NCBI GenBank assembly: GCA_013239625.1
Contig: MU054132.1
Coordinates: forward strand, 558,001-622,000
Source: Lama guanicoe
Taxonomy: Eukaryota
DNA length: 64,000 nucleotides
Reading direction: 5' to 3'
Positions 52,001 through 61,870 of the stretch are shown in pieces. Position 1 is the first letter of the stretch, and the number at the start of each line of letters is the position of its first letter. Position numbers and translations under genes: made by a program. The notes below the pieces were generated by a model that saw only the letters and a list, made by a program, of their open reading frames with translations, was not told the DNA's origin and did not search any database.

Positions 52001-54931
52001 GGGTCTACCATCACCACCAGGCTCTGGGACACAAACTGGTCACCCTGGGCTCCAGTTCCTACCTGCTCTTCTTCCTGGCTTGGGCAGCCTGAGCCTGACC
52101 CCATCCCAAATGCTGCTTCTGGGCATTTTCACAGCAGACCTGCCCAGGCAACACTGGGCTGTGGAAATCAGTGTTTGCCCTTGCCATGTGGATGCTCTAG
52201 TTCCTGGGATTGGTAGATTTTTACACAAGGGGCCCTAATTCAGCATCTGAGCTGGAGTCAGAAGCAGTGTCTAATAGATATTAATCCTGCACAAAAGTGC
52301 AGGAAGTAATCAGCTCAGCCGGGACTCAGAGCCCATTTGTGGCTCCACAGCACCCAAAACTCTTAACCTCCTGGGGTCTCTTAACCTCCCTGGGCCTTAG
52401 CTCCTCTGTCTCCACTTCCTCAGGCCCCCTTCCCCTCAGGACCAGTGAGGACCACACCTATGTATCACACACAGAATACAATATTTGGGCATCTACACTG
52501 AACAGATTTTTAAACAGAAGATCTAAAACTTGCAAACAGGGAACATTCTAGTCAGGAGCCACCAGACTATGTAGGGCAAAGTCTATAAACTGTGATATAT
52601 TTTTTCTAAGGACTTTTAAATCTTTTCAAGATTTTCCCAATAAATTTTAATTTGTTAAGAAAGCTTTTTTTGGTTAAGCTTTTAAGAAATATCAAGCTGT
52701 ACTCAAGTTTTTAGTGAAATATGTAAATAATCCCATACTAGAATATGAACAGATTGATTGTGCTGGTAGAGTGAATGGAAATAGCTCCTAGTGGGTAACC
52801 AAGAGAAAAATGTTTTGACTACATCAAATTTACCATAAAGACATTATGTTAAAAACTTATATTTGAGGGAGTGGAAACAGGATAATAATTGAATCCCCAT
52901 GACCTAGACAGAGCCAGGCTCATTAAATCTTCCTATGAAGGTAGGCTCCCAGGACCACGGATCAAGCCATGCCCACAATGTCACCAAGCAAATAAGTTTT
53001 CCACCATAAGAACATGGAAATAGACAAATAAGCAAACAAAAATTATCAAGTGAAGTTATATTTTATTTTATTCACCATAAAATACTTGCCCCTCATACTA
53101 GGGGGTTGGTGGGGAGGGGATTTCCACAGGTTCTTATGTAAAACAACAGTTAATTAACTAAATTACCATTATAGCCATCAAGGGCCTGAGAAACCACATC
53201 CTTCGCAACTGTCTCATAAACCAAGTCCTGGGAGGCATCATGGAGAACCCCATCCAGCTTGAATGACCAGTCTGTCTGCTGGTTATTGACAACTCCTCTC
53301 CGAGTATCTTTTTTTAAGTGAATATCAATGGTCTAGGAAGAGAGAGAGAGAGAAACTTGTTATGAAACTGGTATAAAAAAGTCACTGATAGCCAAGGCCT
53401 GATCTGGAAGGAACTTCAGGGAGATTTACTTCAGGAAGAACAGGGACTCCCATGTATTCTGGACGATCTTTGGGAGTGGGGAAGGAAGCTCCTGCAGGGA
53501 CACCACACCCCCTCAAGGTGGAAGGATCAGGAGACTGGAGCACTTGTTAGTTTCCACAACTCTCACCCTAATTTACAGGGTGCTGTCTGTCTTGCTTCAC
53601 CCCATCTATGATACGGGGTCAAGAATATTTACCAAGTTCTCATTAAACAAGCTTTAGACTAATTCAGTAAGCACCAGGAGGCCTTCAATTGGGCCAGAGA
53701 GAACAGTGGGCTTGGTGACAGAGGTCTGGGCTTGAGCCCCATCTCTCTGGATCCTGGCGGTAAGGACCTCCTCAGCACTGTGGTGAGCACCTACTCCCAC
53801 ATACACGCTATGGGCCAGTGTGAGTAATGATGAAATGAGAGTCACAGAACAGGCTCTGGACTTCTCAGTTACTCACTGATATTAGAGTAGATTGAGGGTG
53901 ACTACCTTCTTGTCATCTGCAGATTTTTAGATGTAAAGATTTCTAAACATTTTTTTTAATGTTTTTCATCCCTCTATAGCAAACCACTGTGGTAGTAGCT
54001 GGATCAGAAACATACTGAGTTAGGTCAATGGTAGATTCCAATCTTCAAAATGGGGGCTTCTGATATAAACAGACATTCACTGGACTCTTATCCTGGATGC
54101 CCTAATCCAAAGCCAAGACACAGCCACACGCAGAAAAAATATCAACAGAGAGAGGCTTCGTCCATTCAGGCAAGAAATGCTCTGTGCTTCAGTGTTCACT
54201 GAAGCCATGTCTAGCAGGGTGCACTTCACAAGGTTGCAGGTGAGTTTCCTTTTGACTGCTAGGACTTTTGAATCTTGAGAAGGTGGCCTTTGAATTCCTC
54301 CCTTAAAGAATGTCTCAATGTTGCACATAGGAGATCCACAGACATCTGCTGAATGGAACCATCCCATACTCTCAAGGTGTCTGAAGCCTGTCATAGGCTT
54401 CTGAAAAGTTCTCAGACAGTGGTAGGGACATGGGGATGGATAAATCCTTCCAGTTCTCTTAGTAAGAGTTTCGCCATCTGCTTTGGTAAGTTTAACAGTA
54501 ATCAACTGAAGACATTCCTACTGTACTTCCTGGGAGATTGTATAATGGCAGATCTGGTCACCAGAAAGTTTTGTGAGTGTTGACAAGTGTTAGTCTTGTG
54601 TCAGATACAAGGATAAGGTAAACTTACTAACCAAAAAGGCAATTTAAAATGGGAGTTTCATGAGTTTCCTCAACAGCATTGTAGGGGAGTGCTTTGGACT
54701 TGAAGGACTCTAGATTCCATCTGAACTTTTACCAATTCTGTCTTGGTCCTTAAAAGGTTGTTTGCAAACAGGGTCATACTGTAGCAAGGGGGTACAGAGA
54801 GATGCCCAGACAGGTGAAGGCAAACACACTGCACTTACTTTGTTGTCATCTCCATATGTGATCATTTCATGAGCAAAGTCATCGGTGGGTTTGACACGGA
54901 CAAATGCATGAACTTTTTTCCTAGTACCCAT
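18994..54931 (-). CDS. KIF9: Kinesin-like protein KIF9, whole gene span (20 coding exons, 784 aa)
   Basis: Hand-assembled exons sum to 2355 nt with matching phases and GT-AG introns. N-terminus [24 protein letters not shown]-loop GQTGAGKT, switch I NKSSSRSH, switch II DLAGSE, C-terminus [15 protein letters not shown]. Lies head-to-head with KLHL18, as I recall for human. Confidence 0.98.
19628..20915 (-). mobile_element. L1MB-like 3' end, with a second related 3' end nested at about 20291-20591
   Basis: Two diverged copies of ggtaaaatacaca...aatgttgtg(t/c)aaccatcac...taagtggaatc. Confidence 0.85.
21915..22082. mobile_element. MER5A-like hAT element
   Basis: tcaaagtgtggtcctagactagcagcat...aaaatgcagactctcagactccaccctagaact...cagaatctgca. 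Confidence 0.75.
22215..23160 (+). mobile_element. L1ME-like 3' region
   Basis: aaaaatgggcaaaaaatatgaacaggcagtttacaga...aatgcaaattaagactacactga. Confidence 0.75.
23722..23826 (-). CDS. KIF9: KIF9 coding exon 19 (105 nt)
   Basis: [35 protein letters not shown]. tag|GGA ... AAG|gtaact. Confidence 0.96.
24239..24354 (-). CDS. KIF9: KIF9 coding exon 18 (116 nt)
   Basis: [39 protein letters not shown]. cag|AA ... CTG|gtgagt. Confidence 0.96.
24658..24834 (-). CDS. KIF9: KIF9 coding exon 17 (177 nt)
   Basis: [29 protein letters not shown]...CRHRLLT(E). cag|GC ... G|gtgcgc. Confidence 0.96.
26725..26895. mobile_element. MER5A-like element
   Basis: aaaatgcaggttccagaccctgctccaga...ggagcctaggaatctgcacctgaccagccctcccag. 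Confidence 0.65.
27559..27773 (-). CDS. KIF9: KIF9 coding exon 16 (215 nt)
   Basis: [30 protein letters not shown]...FQKSLREKQ(G). cag|G ... G|gtaaac. Confidence 0.96.
28992..29168 (-). CDS. KIF9: KIF9 coding exon 15 (177 nt, phase 2-2)
   Basis: [58 protein letters not shown](R). cag|C ... AG|gtgacc. Confidence 0.93.
29990..30240 (-). mobile_element. MIR containing an (ATT)n microsatellite (about 30085-30113)
   Basis: attcccattttagggatgaggaaacagaggcagagagg. Confidence 0.7.
30753..30886 (-). CDS. KIF9: KIF9 coding exon 14 (134 nt)
   Basis: [44 protein letters not shown](S). cag|GCA ... AG|gtgagt. Confidence 0.95.
31336..31426 (-). CDS. KIF9: KIF9 coding exon 13 (91 nt)
   Basis: [30 protein letters not shown]. 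aag|C ... AAG|gtatgc. Confidence 0.95.
32194..32249 (-). CDS. KIF9: KIF9 coding exon 12 (56 nt)
   Basis: [18 protein letters not shown](S). cag|ATT ... AG|gtaagg. Confidence 0.95.
33449..33553 (-). CDS. KIF9: KIF9 coding exon 11 (105 nt)
   Basis: [35 protein letters not shown]. aag|GCC ... GAC|gtaagg. Confidence 0.95.
34397..34465 (-). CDS. KIF9: KIF9 coding exon 10 (69 nt)
   Basis: [23 protein letters not shown]. cag|CGA ... CTG|gtaagt. Confidence 0.96.
34990..36135 (+). mobile_element. L2 3' region with nested MER3 (about 35297-35485) and antisense L1MA 3' end (about 35515-35960)
   Basis: L2 end tgcctggcacatagtaagcactctgtaaatttta..tgaatgaataaatga. MER3 text atgatggaaatgttctata...gtagccacatatg. 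L1 text gtcaagctaattaacatatc. Confidence 0.8.
37558..37635 (-). CDS. KIF9: KIF9 coding exon 9 (78 nt)
   Basis: [26 protein letters not shown]. cag|CTG ... GAG|gtatga. Confidence 0.96.
39647..39711 (-). CDS. KIF9: KIF9 coding exon 8 (65 nt)
   Basis: [22 protein letters not shown]. cag|GG ... ACG|gtacgt. Confidence 0.96.
39790..40201 (+). mobile_element. MLT1A-like MaLR solo LTR
   Basis: tgaatgtttgtgtcccctcaaaattcatatgttgaagtcctaa ... tattttgttatagcagcctgagttgactgaaaca. Confidence 0.85.
40809..40956 (-). CDS. KIF9: KIF9 coding exon 7 (148 nt)
   Basis: [49 protein letters not shown](G). tag|TCG ... G|gtgagg. Confidence 0.97.
41120..41450. repeat. Degenerate ~12-bp minisatellite (ATGYRAATRYTC-like)
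   Basis: atgcaaatactc atgtgaatgctc atgcaaatatta ... atctgaatgctc ttgtgaatgctt atgctaatacac. Confidence 0.6.
41726..41818 (-). CDS. KIF9: KIF9 coding exon 6 (93 nt, switch II)
   Basis: [31 protein letters not shown]. tag|GCC ... GGG|gtaagt. Confidence 0.97.
41915..41998 (-). CDS. KIF9: KIF9 coding exon 5 (84 nt, switch I)
   Basis: [28 protein letters not shown]. cag|GGA ... GAG|gtaagt. Confidence 0.97.
42051..42197 (+). mobile_element. tRNA-derived SINE (camelid Vic-1-like)
   Basis: ggtatagctcaagtggtagagc (A box) ... ggttcgatcccc (B box), followed by an A-rich tail. Confidence 0.85.
43639..43974 (+). mobile_element. L1MA-like 3' fragment with TSD, inside a MIR (about 43570-44170)
   Basis: TSD aaagtgcctgatccca (43623-43638) / aaaatgcttgatccca (43975-43990). 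Confidence 0.75.
44427..45065 (+). mobile_element. ERV1-class (MER4-group-like) solo LTR
   Basis: Starts TG; TATA-like cctatataaaccc; gagtaataaaggtctg poly(A) region. Confidence 0.5.
45300..48130 (+). mobile_element. Composite old L1 (ORF1/ORF2 pieces), interrupted by the U6 copy and an ERVL-type LTR fragment (about 47235-47532)
   Basis: ORF2 text gaatacacattcttctcaag...ggaattaaactagaaaccaataac...gataacctagatgaaatggaccaattccttgaaagac. Confidence 0.8.
46512..46615 (+). pseudogene. U6 snRNA retropseudogene
   Basis: gtgcttgcttaggcagcacatacactaaaattggaacgatacagagattagcatggtccctgcacaaggatgacacccaaattcatgaagtattccatattttt is near full-length U6. It shows CpG decay and a 3-nt deletion, has an A-rich tail, and is flanked by L1 sequence. 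Confidence 0.95.
48130..48670 (-). mobile_element. L1MB/MC 3' region
   Basis: gagattcatccatgttgtagcatgtatcaa...gtaccacattttgtttatccattc. Confidence 0.8.
49100..49324 (-). CDS. KIF9: KIF9 coding exon 4 (225 nt)
   Basis: [25 protein letters not shown]...AFSLLFE. tag|GTT ... GAG|gtgaga. Confidence 0.97.
49907..50568 (+). mobile_element. Charlie1b/MER33-like hAT element with nested SINE
   Basis: Ends tgctgtccaata ... tattgggcagcgctg, flanked by CTAGA-type target sites. Confidence 0.75.
50148..50276 (-). mobile_element. tRNA-derived SINE (Vic-1-like)
   Basis: Reverse complement reads ggggagggtatagctcagtggcagaatgcatacctagc...ggttcaatcctcagtacctcca; aaatctaaataca is repeated on both flanks. Confidence 0.85.
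51302..51408 (-). CDS. KIF9: KIF9 coding exon 3 (107 nt, P-loop)
   Basis: [36 protein letters not shown]. cag|GC ... CAG|gtagag. Confidence 0.97.
53167..53332 (-). CDS. KIF9: KIF9 coding exon 2 (166 nt)
   Basis: [55 protein letters not shown](G). ag|ACC ... G|gtaatt. Confidence 0.96.
54839..54931 (-). CDS. KIF9: KIF9 coding exon 1 (93 nt)
   Basis: [31 protein letters not shown]. Acceptor tttttag a few nt before the ATG; donor AAA|gtaagt. Confidence 0.96.
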
Positions 54932-57081
54932 TCTAGCTAAAAAGAAGACAGCAAATATTTTCAGTAGTCAATCATTAAACAACAATTAGAAGGGAGGTGT
55001 CATTCATCAAGAAGATCAGAAAAGGGTGATATGTGGTCCATGTTTTCCTCTCCCACTGAGAGCCAGTCTTCCTTTTTACCCCCTAGCATTCTCAGTGCTC
55101 TGCCCACAGGCTGTTGCTCCACAAGTCCATGTACTTCCTACTTTATAGGGGGTCTCATCATTTTCCACCAATGACCCCCTAAGAGACTGAAATTCAAAGC
55201 AAAAAGAATGCTCCCTTCAGTGGCCTAAATTTAAATGTGGTTTCTAGAAATGTTCTGAATTTGAGTCCACTTATATTTTGCCTTATTCATTATATTTTCC
55301 TCTAAAATACTATGAAATGAATTAGAACTGATTTTTTTTCATGAACATACCTTACTTCAGATGTAGCATCTCCTCCTCTACCTCTATTAGACTAACTTAG
55401 ATCAGAAAAAGATTCCCTGGAAGTATATTTAATCTAGCCTATATAGTCAAATATCCTTTTTTCTCTGCCACTCCATTGAGAGAAAAATCACAGTCCCCTA
55501 CCTCCTCTGCCTCTCCTAAAACCTAACTATGTATATACATTTTCTTTCAGGTAGACACACATGTATCTGTATTCCTTCATTTTTAGTACCACAAATAATT
55601 ACTATGTATAATAAAATGTTAAAATAAATGTTGAATGTAGCATCATCAAATAGGATGAAAGCTTATAGATATAACTGACAGGGAGGTACATAACTTTCTT
55701 ATTATATAGAGTTGTCCTACAATAGAAAAGACTTTCTCAAGGGAAGGGCCATAAATACCATTAACAGTCAAGCGAAGTCAAGATGCCAACTAGTAGAGTT
55801 GCTACAAAATGGATTGTTGTATTGCAGGGAGAGTTAATTGATCTCTAATATCCTGTCCAATTAAAGTATTTCATAAACATTTTTAAAAATTCAATGGTAC
55901 ACCCTCCAAATGATAACTAAGAAAGCTTACATTTTATTGGCGATTAGTCTCATTGGTCAAATCGCACCAGGCCCTCTTCTGAGACTGTCTGGGTAAACCT
56001 ATTTAAACTATTACAAGGTAAATTCTGGTTCTAACCAGGATGGATATAGGGTGGATATTTGGCAGGGAAGCAAAGAGGGTTCTTAAACAGAAGTAATAAT
56101 TGCAATGATTTTTCTTGCATTAAGGGAGACTTAAAACTTAATTTGCTTTTCAGGTGCCTCTTATACACTGATGACAAAGGATTAAGTATTGAGAGAAAAT
56201 GTCAAAGCTCTGTGGAAAGCTAAAAATCCATCTGTAATCATCACCAGTTGTGATAAATCTAGCTAAGTCATACTAGAAAACAAGATAAAGGTCTATGAAA
56301 ATATGCCAAATAACTTAATTGTTCAAAACTATTAGGCAAATTAACATAATACAATTTTAAATTGTTCCAAGATGAAACATTTCAAATTTTACATGTAAGT
56401 TTTTCTAAGATAATTCTAATTTTTTTCTTTTTCCTTTCTAAAATATAAGTTGAATAATAGCATCAAGGAGTTTATGGCCATGTAGTCCTAAAACTGGGCT
56501 CTCAGATTTCAGTAATTGCACTTTTATGGAACCATGAATACAAGGAATGTTAAAAACTCATTTAGAATTAATGTGCCACAATACACAAAACAGACTTTGA
56601 ATTGAGACAAGACCTGAGAGTCAGGACATGTGCTGTGACATACACTTCTCTTTTGATGTCCCTGGTTGGGTTGGGCCAGTTCAATAAGAAATGAGGCATT
56701 TGCACCTCAAATAACCTGTACTTTCATGGGGCAGAATAGAGGAGTTGAGGCTAAAGAAAACTCCTGGACACTTTTGAAAAAGCCAACCAGCAGAGGAATT
56801 GCTGATTTTATGAAGAGTTAGGGAAACATGAGGCATAGGGAGGTGACTTGATTTCATCTTCAAACTGGAAAACAGCAATATCAACACAGTTGTTAAGGGA
56901 AAAAAATAGCTTGCTCATGCTATTGCAAAGCCTCTAACAAATAAACTGATAAGATGTCTAATATTTTTAAAAAGCTAATTTTCAAGATTGACTGTAAAGA
57001 AAAAGTCACGCATGACAGATTTCTTTTTAATTATGTAATTATTTCACTTAAAAAAAAGCACATTAAATAAAGAATATTAAC

Positions 57082-57216
57082 TGGGGGAGGGTATAGCTCA
57101 GTGGCAGAGTGTGTGCCTAGGATGCACAAGGTACTGGGTTCAATCCCCAGTACCTCCACTAAAAAAAAACTAATTAAAAAATACATAAATAAACCTAATT
57201 ACCTCCCCTCTAAAAA
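57082..57216 (+). mobile_element. tRNA-derived SINE (Vic-1-like) with TSD
   Basis: gggggagggtatagctcagtggcagag...gggttcaatccccagtacctcca...aaacctaattacctcccc. TSD aaagaa(t/c)attaac at 57069-57081 and 57217-57229. Confidence 0.9.
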
Positions 57217-59570
57217 AAAGAACATTAACATGTTATAGATATTATCTAAGAGAGGCTAAATGAGTGTTACCTGATAAACATGATTCCAGATGTTTAAAAT
57301 ATTAATGTCCCTCCACATTTCTAATTACAACTTGTGATCACCACTTGATTTCCTCTCACAATTATCTTAACTATCATGAAGTGGCCTTAAGTATCTCTGT
57401 AGAAGCAAGTTAAGTAGAGACAGGCCCTGCCCTTTCAGTTTACAGCTTCAACAAAGTGGGCAAAATATAACTCTAATCCCTACTACCAGCCCTTCAGATG
57501 TCAAAGCAAATAATCAAACATGTTACTTTCATATTTGCCTGCTGTAGGGTGTGTGACCACTTCTCACATTCCTCAAGAAATTATTTTATGGACGTATTAT
57601 CCAGGCCACTATGAGATTTTAGAAGGCCAAATTCAGATCTTTTAGTTTTGAGAAAATGAATCTGAAAGGTATTCATGTGAGTAAGAAGAATGGTTTGTCC
57701 AATTTCAGTTCTAAAGTTTTTGTTTGCAGAATTGAGCTCTAGAAATACAAAGCCACATATAGCTCTAACATGACTCCCCAGCTGAGGAAACTGAAGAGAG
57801 TATCTCATCTTCAAGTTCACTTTGATCTAGGCTATTGGAAAATAGAGAGTAGGGGGAGGTGTGTTTGGACTCAAGCAAACATTTACACTCCATCTCTAAA
57901 GCTCTGGGAACCATTCCCCAAACCAGTCAGAGGGCTCATCCTGCTGCCCAGGAAAGCTAAGATGCTGCCCAGGGTGCCTCTGAAAGGGACCATGAAGGGC
58001 AGCTCTTGGGGCGGGTGTCCAAGCCTCCCTCCCTGCGGCCCCAATCCACTGACAGCCCAAGGTCAGCACAGGCCAGTTCCAAGCAAAGCCCTCCCCTCAG
58101 AGCCTGTCCCTTTTCTGCCCAGCACTTTGCCAACATGCAAATGCACATGCACATGCAATCATCCTACCTGTGCTTCCCAAGGACCTCCCCATGCTTACAC
58201 CCATGGCTCCACCTGTGCCACGAGCCATATCCACCTAAGGCAAGCCCTCTCTGTTAACTGCATCCCTCCTGTGAGTTCCCTACCCAGCGGTCCCTCAACA
58301 CCCAGACATTTGGGGACCCCATGCCATCTTGCACTTACTGAAATAACGCTTGTCACCGTTCTTACGCCGCATCATATGAGCGGGTTTCAGCTCCCAAATT
58401 AAATTATAAGCAGCTTAAGGGGCAGGACTGTGCCTTTTCTCTCTTTTGAATCCCCCCTCAAAGTCCAGAACAGTGCCCAGCACAGGTCAGGTGCTCAAGA
58501 AAATGGTGATTGGTGGTGATGGTCATGGTAATGGCTGGAAGTCAGAGGGTGGCTGAATCTCCACATGTGGGTCCATCTTCAGTCACTACTGAGAGAGTCC
58601 CAAAGGGCACATGATGTCACTCCCCTCCCACACCACCTCCAACCCTGAGCCCACAGCCCTTCCAGGAGGACACTTGGTTTCCAGGCACCACGGCAAGAAG
58701 CCAACTTCAGCCCCTCACCACACGCTTCCTTTTTGTAAGTCCTTCCTTTTAGTAGGGTCTTTATGCCTCAGGACCTAGTAGGGAATACCTCTCTCTCATG
58801 GGCACCACCCTTAGATATTTCTGGTGTAAATAAGAGAACCGCTGAGGCCACCAGGAGACCTTCCTACTGAGAGGCTCGTGGTTTTCTCATTTGTTTTAGG
58901 GGTGGGAATGAACAGAATCGCCACCAAGCACCCCTGAAAGCTCGGTAAAGGGAGAGGACCAGGTAGGACCCTATCTTCCAGAGCTTCCGTCCAGAAAAGA
59001 GTCCTTCATGTTGAACTCTCATAGCCACCAGAGAGGCAGCAGCATCTGAACCCCACCCAAATACGGTCCAGGTGCATTTGCACCTAGCCTTGAGCTAAAC
59101 AAAAGACTCAGATCCAGGTAGAACTGACCTTTCCCCCTTTTCTAACCCAAAATGCTGGATGCCTATGTGGAGTCTGGGAGGCAGTGGGCCTTGGGACCAT
59201 TCCTGTCCCTCTCTAAAACGGTTTCCGTGTCTGTAAAGCGAAGGATTGGGGCTGGTGATCCCGAAGCCCCTTCAGTTAGAAAACCGACGAATACAGAAGG
59301 GTTCAGAAGACTAGAGATCTGCAAACCTCAGGAGCGACGTAGGACCCTCCTGGGGCAAGGAAAGTTAGATCCGAAGACCCTAAGCCGCAGCTAGGCTGAA
59401 AGTGTCTCCGCGATACCGCCCCCTCCCTGGTCAGGGTTTCACAGATCAGCGAACCAAGCTGGGGGACACTCGGGCTGTGTTCAGATTTCAGCAACTGCTT
59501 GCCGCCCAGGCGGACAACCCCCTTCCGGCCTCCCTTCTCCCCACCCCAGCGGCGCGCGACCCCCGCTCAC

Positions 59571-59660
59571 CGCTCGGGAGGCAGGAGCCCTCCAGCAGCG
59601 CGACCGCTGAGTGAGCGGAGACCCAAACCCGGCACGCACCGCTGCCGGGCTGTGTACACA
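59571..59660 (-). other. KIF9: Probable KIF9 non-coding first exon (5' end uncertain)
   Basis: The ATG exon is preceded by a splice acceptor, so an upstream exon must exist. Donor GCG|gtgagc at 59571/59570 lies in the CpG island just downstream of the X-box. Confidence 0.55.
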
Positions 59661-59674
59661 GTCGCCGTGGCAAC
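59661..59674. promoter_or_regulatory. RFX X-box
   Basis: GTCGCC-GT-GGCAAC matches the consensus GTNRCC-N(0-3)-RGYAAC. Confidence 0.75.
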
Positions 59675-60042
59675 GGGCCGCTTCCGGAGATCCCGGAAGT
59701 ACATGGTGGTGGCGGAAATGAGATCCGCGGTCCTCTGCTGAGTTACAGGCAGGGTCAGGGCCGAATCAGGAGGACGCGAGATGGGACCAACTAATCTAGA
59801 AAGACTTCGACAGCTGCAAGCACGAAGTCAGGGTCGGGGTAGCGAGGGAACGAAAGATGCGCAAGAACCAGGAAGCGGGGTGGCTGCGCTTCCGGCGCAG
59901 AGTAGTCTGAGACTACGGCGGCCGCGCAGGCCCGTCTGACGCCAGCCCTGCCTCCGGGCTGCTGTCCGCACGCGCCCTCGCCCCGCCCTGCTTAGTCTGG
60001 AGTCGGCAGGCCAGGCCTGCGCAGTCGCGGCGTCCGGGGAAG

Positions 60043-60171
60043 ATGGTGGAGGACGGCGCGGAGGAGCTGGAGGACCTGGTGCACTTCTCCGTGTCCGAGT
60101 TGCCTAGTCGCGGCTACGGCGTCATGGAGGAGATCCGGCGGCAGGGCAAGCTGTGCGACGTGACGCTGAAG
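60043..60171 (+). CDS. KLHL18: Kelch-like protein 18, first coding exon (start of BTB domain); remainder beyond the window
   Basis: [43 protein letters not shown]. Good Kozak context aagATGG; donor AAG|gtgccg; LCDVTL is typical of a BTB-Kelch domain start. Confidence 0.95.
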
Positions 60172-61139
60172 GTGCCGGGGGCTGGACGGCGCGAGGCTGA
60201 GGGCCAAAGGACCCAAGGGGAGGGAAGAAAGGTGGGGGATAGGGGAAGAGAGGTCTAGTGCGCAGAGGGGTGGGGAAAGGAGGTTGGAGGGAGAGCGAGT
60301 AGGGGAGAGAGAGATGCCAGAGTGGGAGAGGGGGATTGGGGCCGAATGGGGAGATGGATAGGGACAGCCTCTTAGCCCTTAGAAGGAAAGGCTGAGAGCG
60401 GCGCCGCTGAGGCCCTCAGAATGTATGGAGACATTGGGGTGTCTGCCTCCCTTTTCTGTTACACAGACAAGAGAAAATGGACTTACAGCCCCTCTAGGGA
60501 AGAAGGGGCGGTGGCCGTGGCCGTCTCTACATTCTTCTGACGGGCATCACGGAAGCACCTTTTCTTGCCACCATAGACGTTTCTTTATGCCCCTCGAAGT
60601 TAGCTGCGCTGTTGTAGAGGTGGAGGCTTTTCCTTAGGAGTCATTCCTTGCCCTTGATTGTTAGATTACTTCCTTGTCTCTTAAGAGCTTTTAACCTCGG
60701 ATCTGGAAATCTTTTGAGGTGGGCAGCTATGCTTCCCGACACTGAAAGGCACACCCCCAGCACCACCACCTCAAAGGTCTCGGAGAATGGATTGATGGGC
60801 TGCGTGGGGAGAGGGATTTCTTGACCACCTGTTCCCTATTGGCATTATGGGCTCAAGAGCCAGACTTCGTCCTGTGCTTTGCATCCGTTCCCACTGGAGA
60901 GGCATGCTGTGCTACTCCTTAGCTCAGCTGCTGAGCCACGTGAAGAAGCCCTCCAGGTGGGGAGATGCTGTTGCAAGCCGCGTTCCGTGGTGGGCTTTGG
61001 CTAGAAGGCTACCAACATTTGTGAAGGACTCTGTTGAAAAAAAAAACAAAAACAAAAACAAAACTATGTAGAGATCTCCATGTTCTATAGGGTAAAGGAA
61101 ACTTTTCCTTTTTCACTTATTTGAGTCAGACCTCTGGAG

Positions 61140-61335
61140 ACAGTCGAGTAGAATAGTTAAGAGTGCGGCTTTGGAGATAGAAGGATTTGGATTACAATCC
61201 TAGGTATAACCTTGGGCAAGTTACTTAATCTCTCTAAGCATCAGTTTTCCAAATGTAAAAATAAGGATGATTCCTAATTCTTAGTATGAAGATTAAATGA
61301 GAAAATTTGTGGTATTATTTGCATAATGCCTAGCC
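61140..61335 (+). mobile_element. MIR
   Basis: accttgggcaagttacttaatctctctaagcatcagttttccaaatgtaaaa. Confidence 0.75.
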
Positions 61336-61684
61336 TAAGGTTTTTGTCAGTCTAAACCCCTCCTGAAGGAGATTAGTTTTCCTGGAGAGGAGTCAAGTGG
61401 ACTGAGAGGGAAAAGCATCTTTAGTGTGGAACCAAGAGGTCTGAGAAAAATGAGCTGGGCTAAAGGAGGAAGAGGAAGTAAATATAAATGAGAAATTTTT
61501 GTCCACTGTGATTGCATGGTAGTAGACTTTGAGGCTACTAGAAATTTGTAAGCAAAAGAGTGATCTGGTGATGGCACTAACACTTGGTGTGAGTAGACTG
61601 GTGAAAAGCAGTAATGGGGGAGAATTTTCAGATTAAGATTTAGGCTGTAAGGGTGAGCCAGGGAAGACACAGAGAAGCGAAAAG

Positions 61685-61870
61685 GGCCAGATGGCCTGGG
61701 TTTGAATCATGGCTCTGCCACTTATTAGCCATGAAAACAGCACTGGTGATTCTGTTCCTTCATCTGTAAAATGGGGATTGTCACCTACCTAGTAAGAGTG
61801 CTGAGGACTCCACTAGTTAATGCACTTGAAACGATCATGTAATGAATACTCAGTAAGTAGTAGATATTTA
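61685..61870 (+). mobile_element. MIR
   Basis: cctgggtttgaatcatggctctgccactta...ttccttcatctgtaaaatgggg. Confidence 0.7.

Larger units (their letters stand above)
59300..60430. promoter_or_regulatory. CpG island / bidirectional promoter KIF9-KLHL18
   Basis: Only CpG-dense, GC-rich stretch in the window, located between two divergent genes. Contains several CCGGAA/TTCCGG ETS cores. Confidence 0.9.

Noticed and set aside
57770..58402. Longest ORF in the track (210 aa, + strand)
   Set aside because: Pro/Cys/His-biased with no recognisable domain, antisense within KIF9 intron 1, and running into L2-like sequence. Consistent with a chance ORF.
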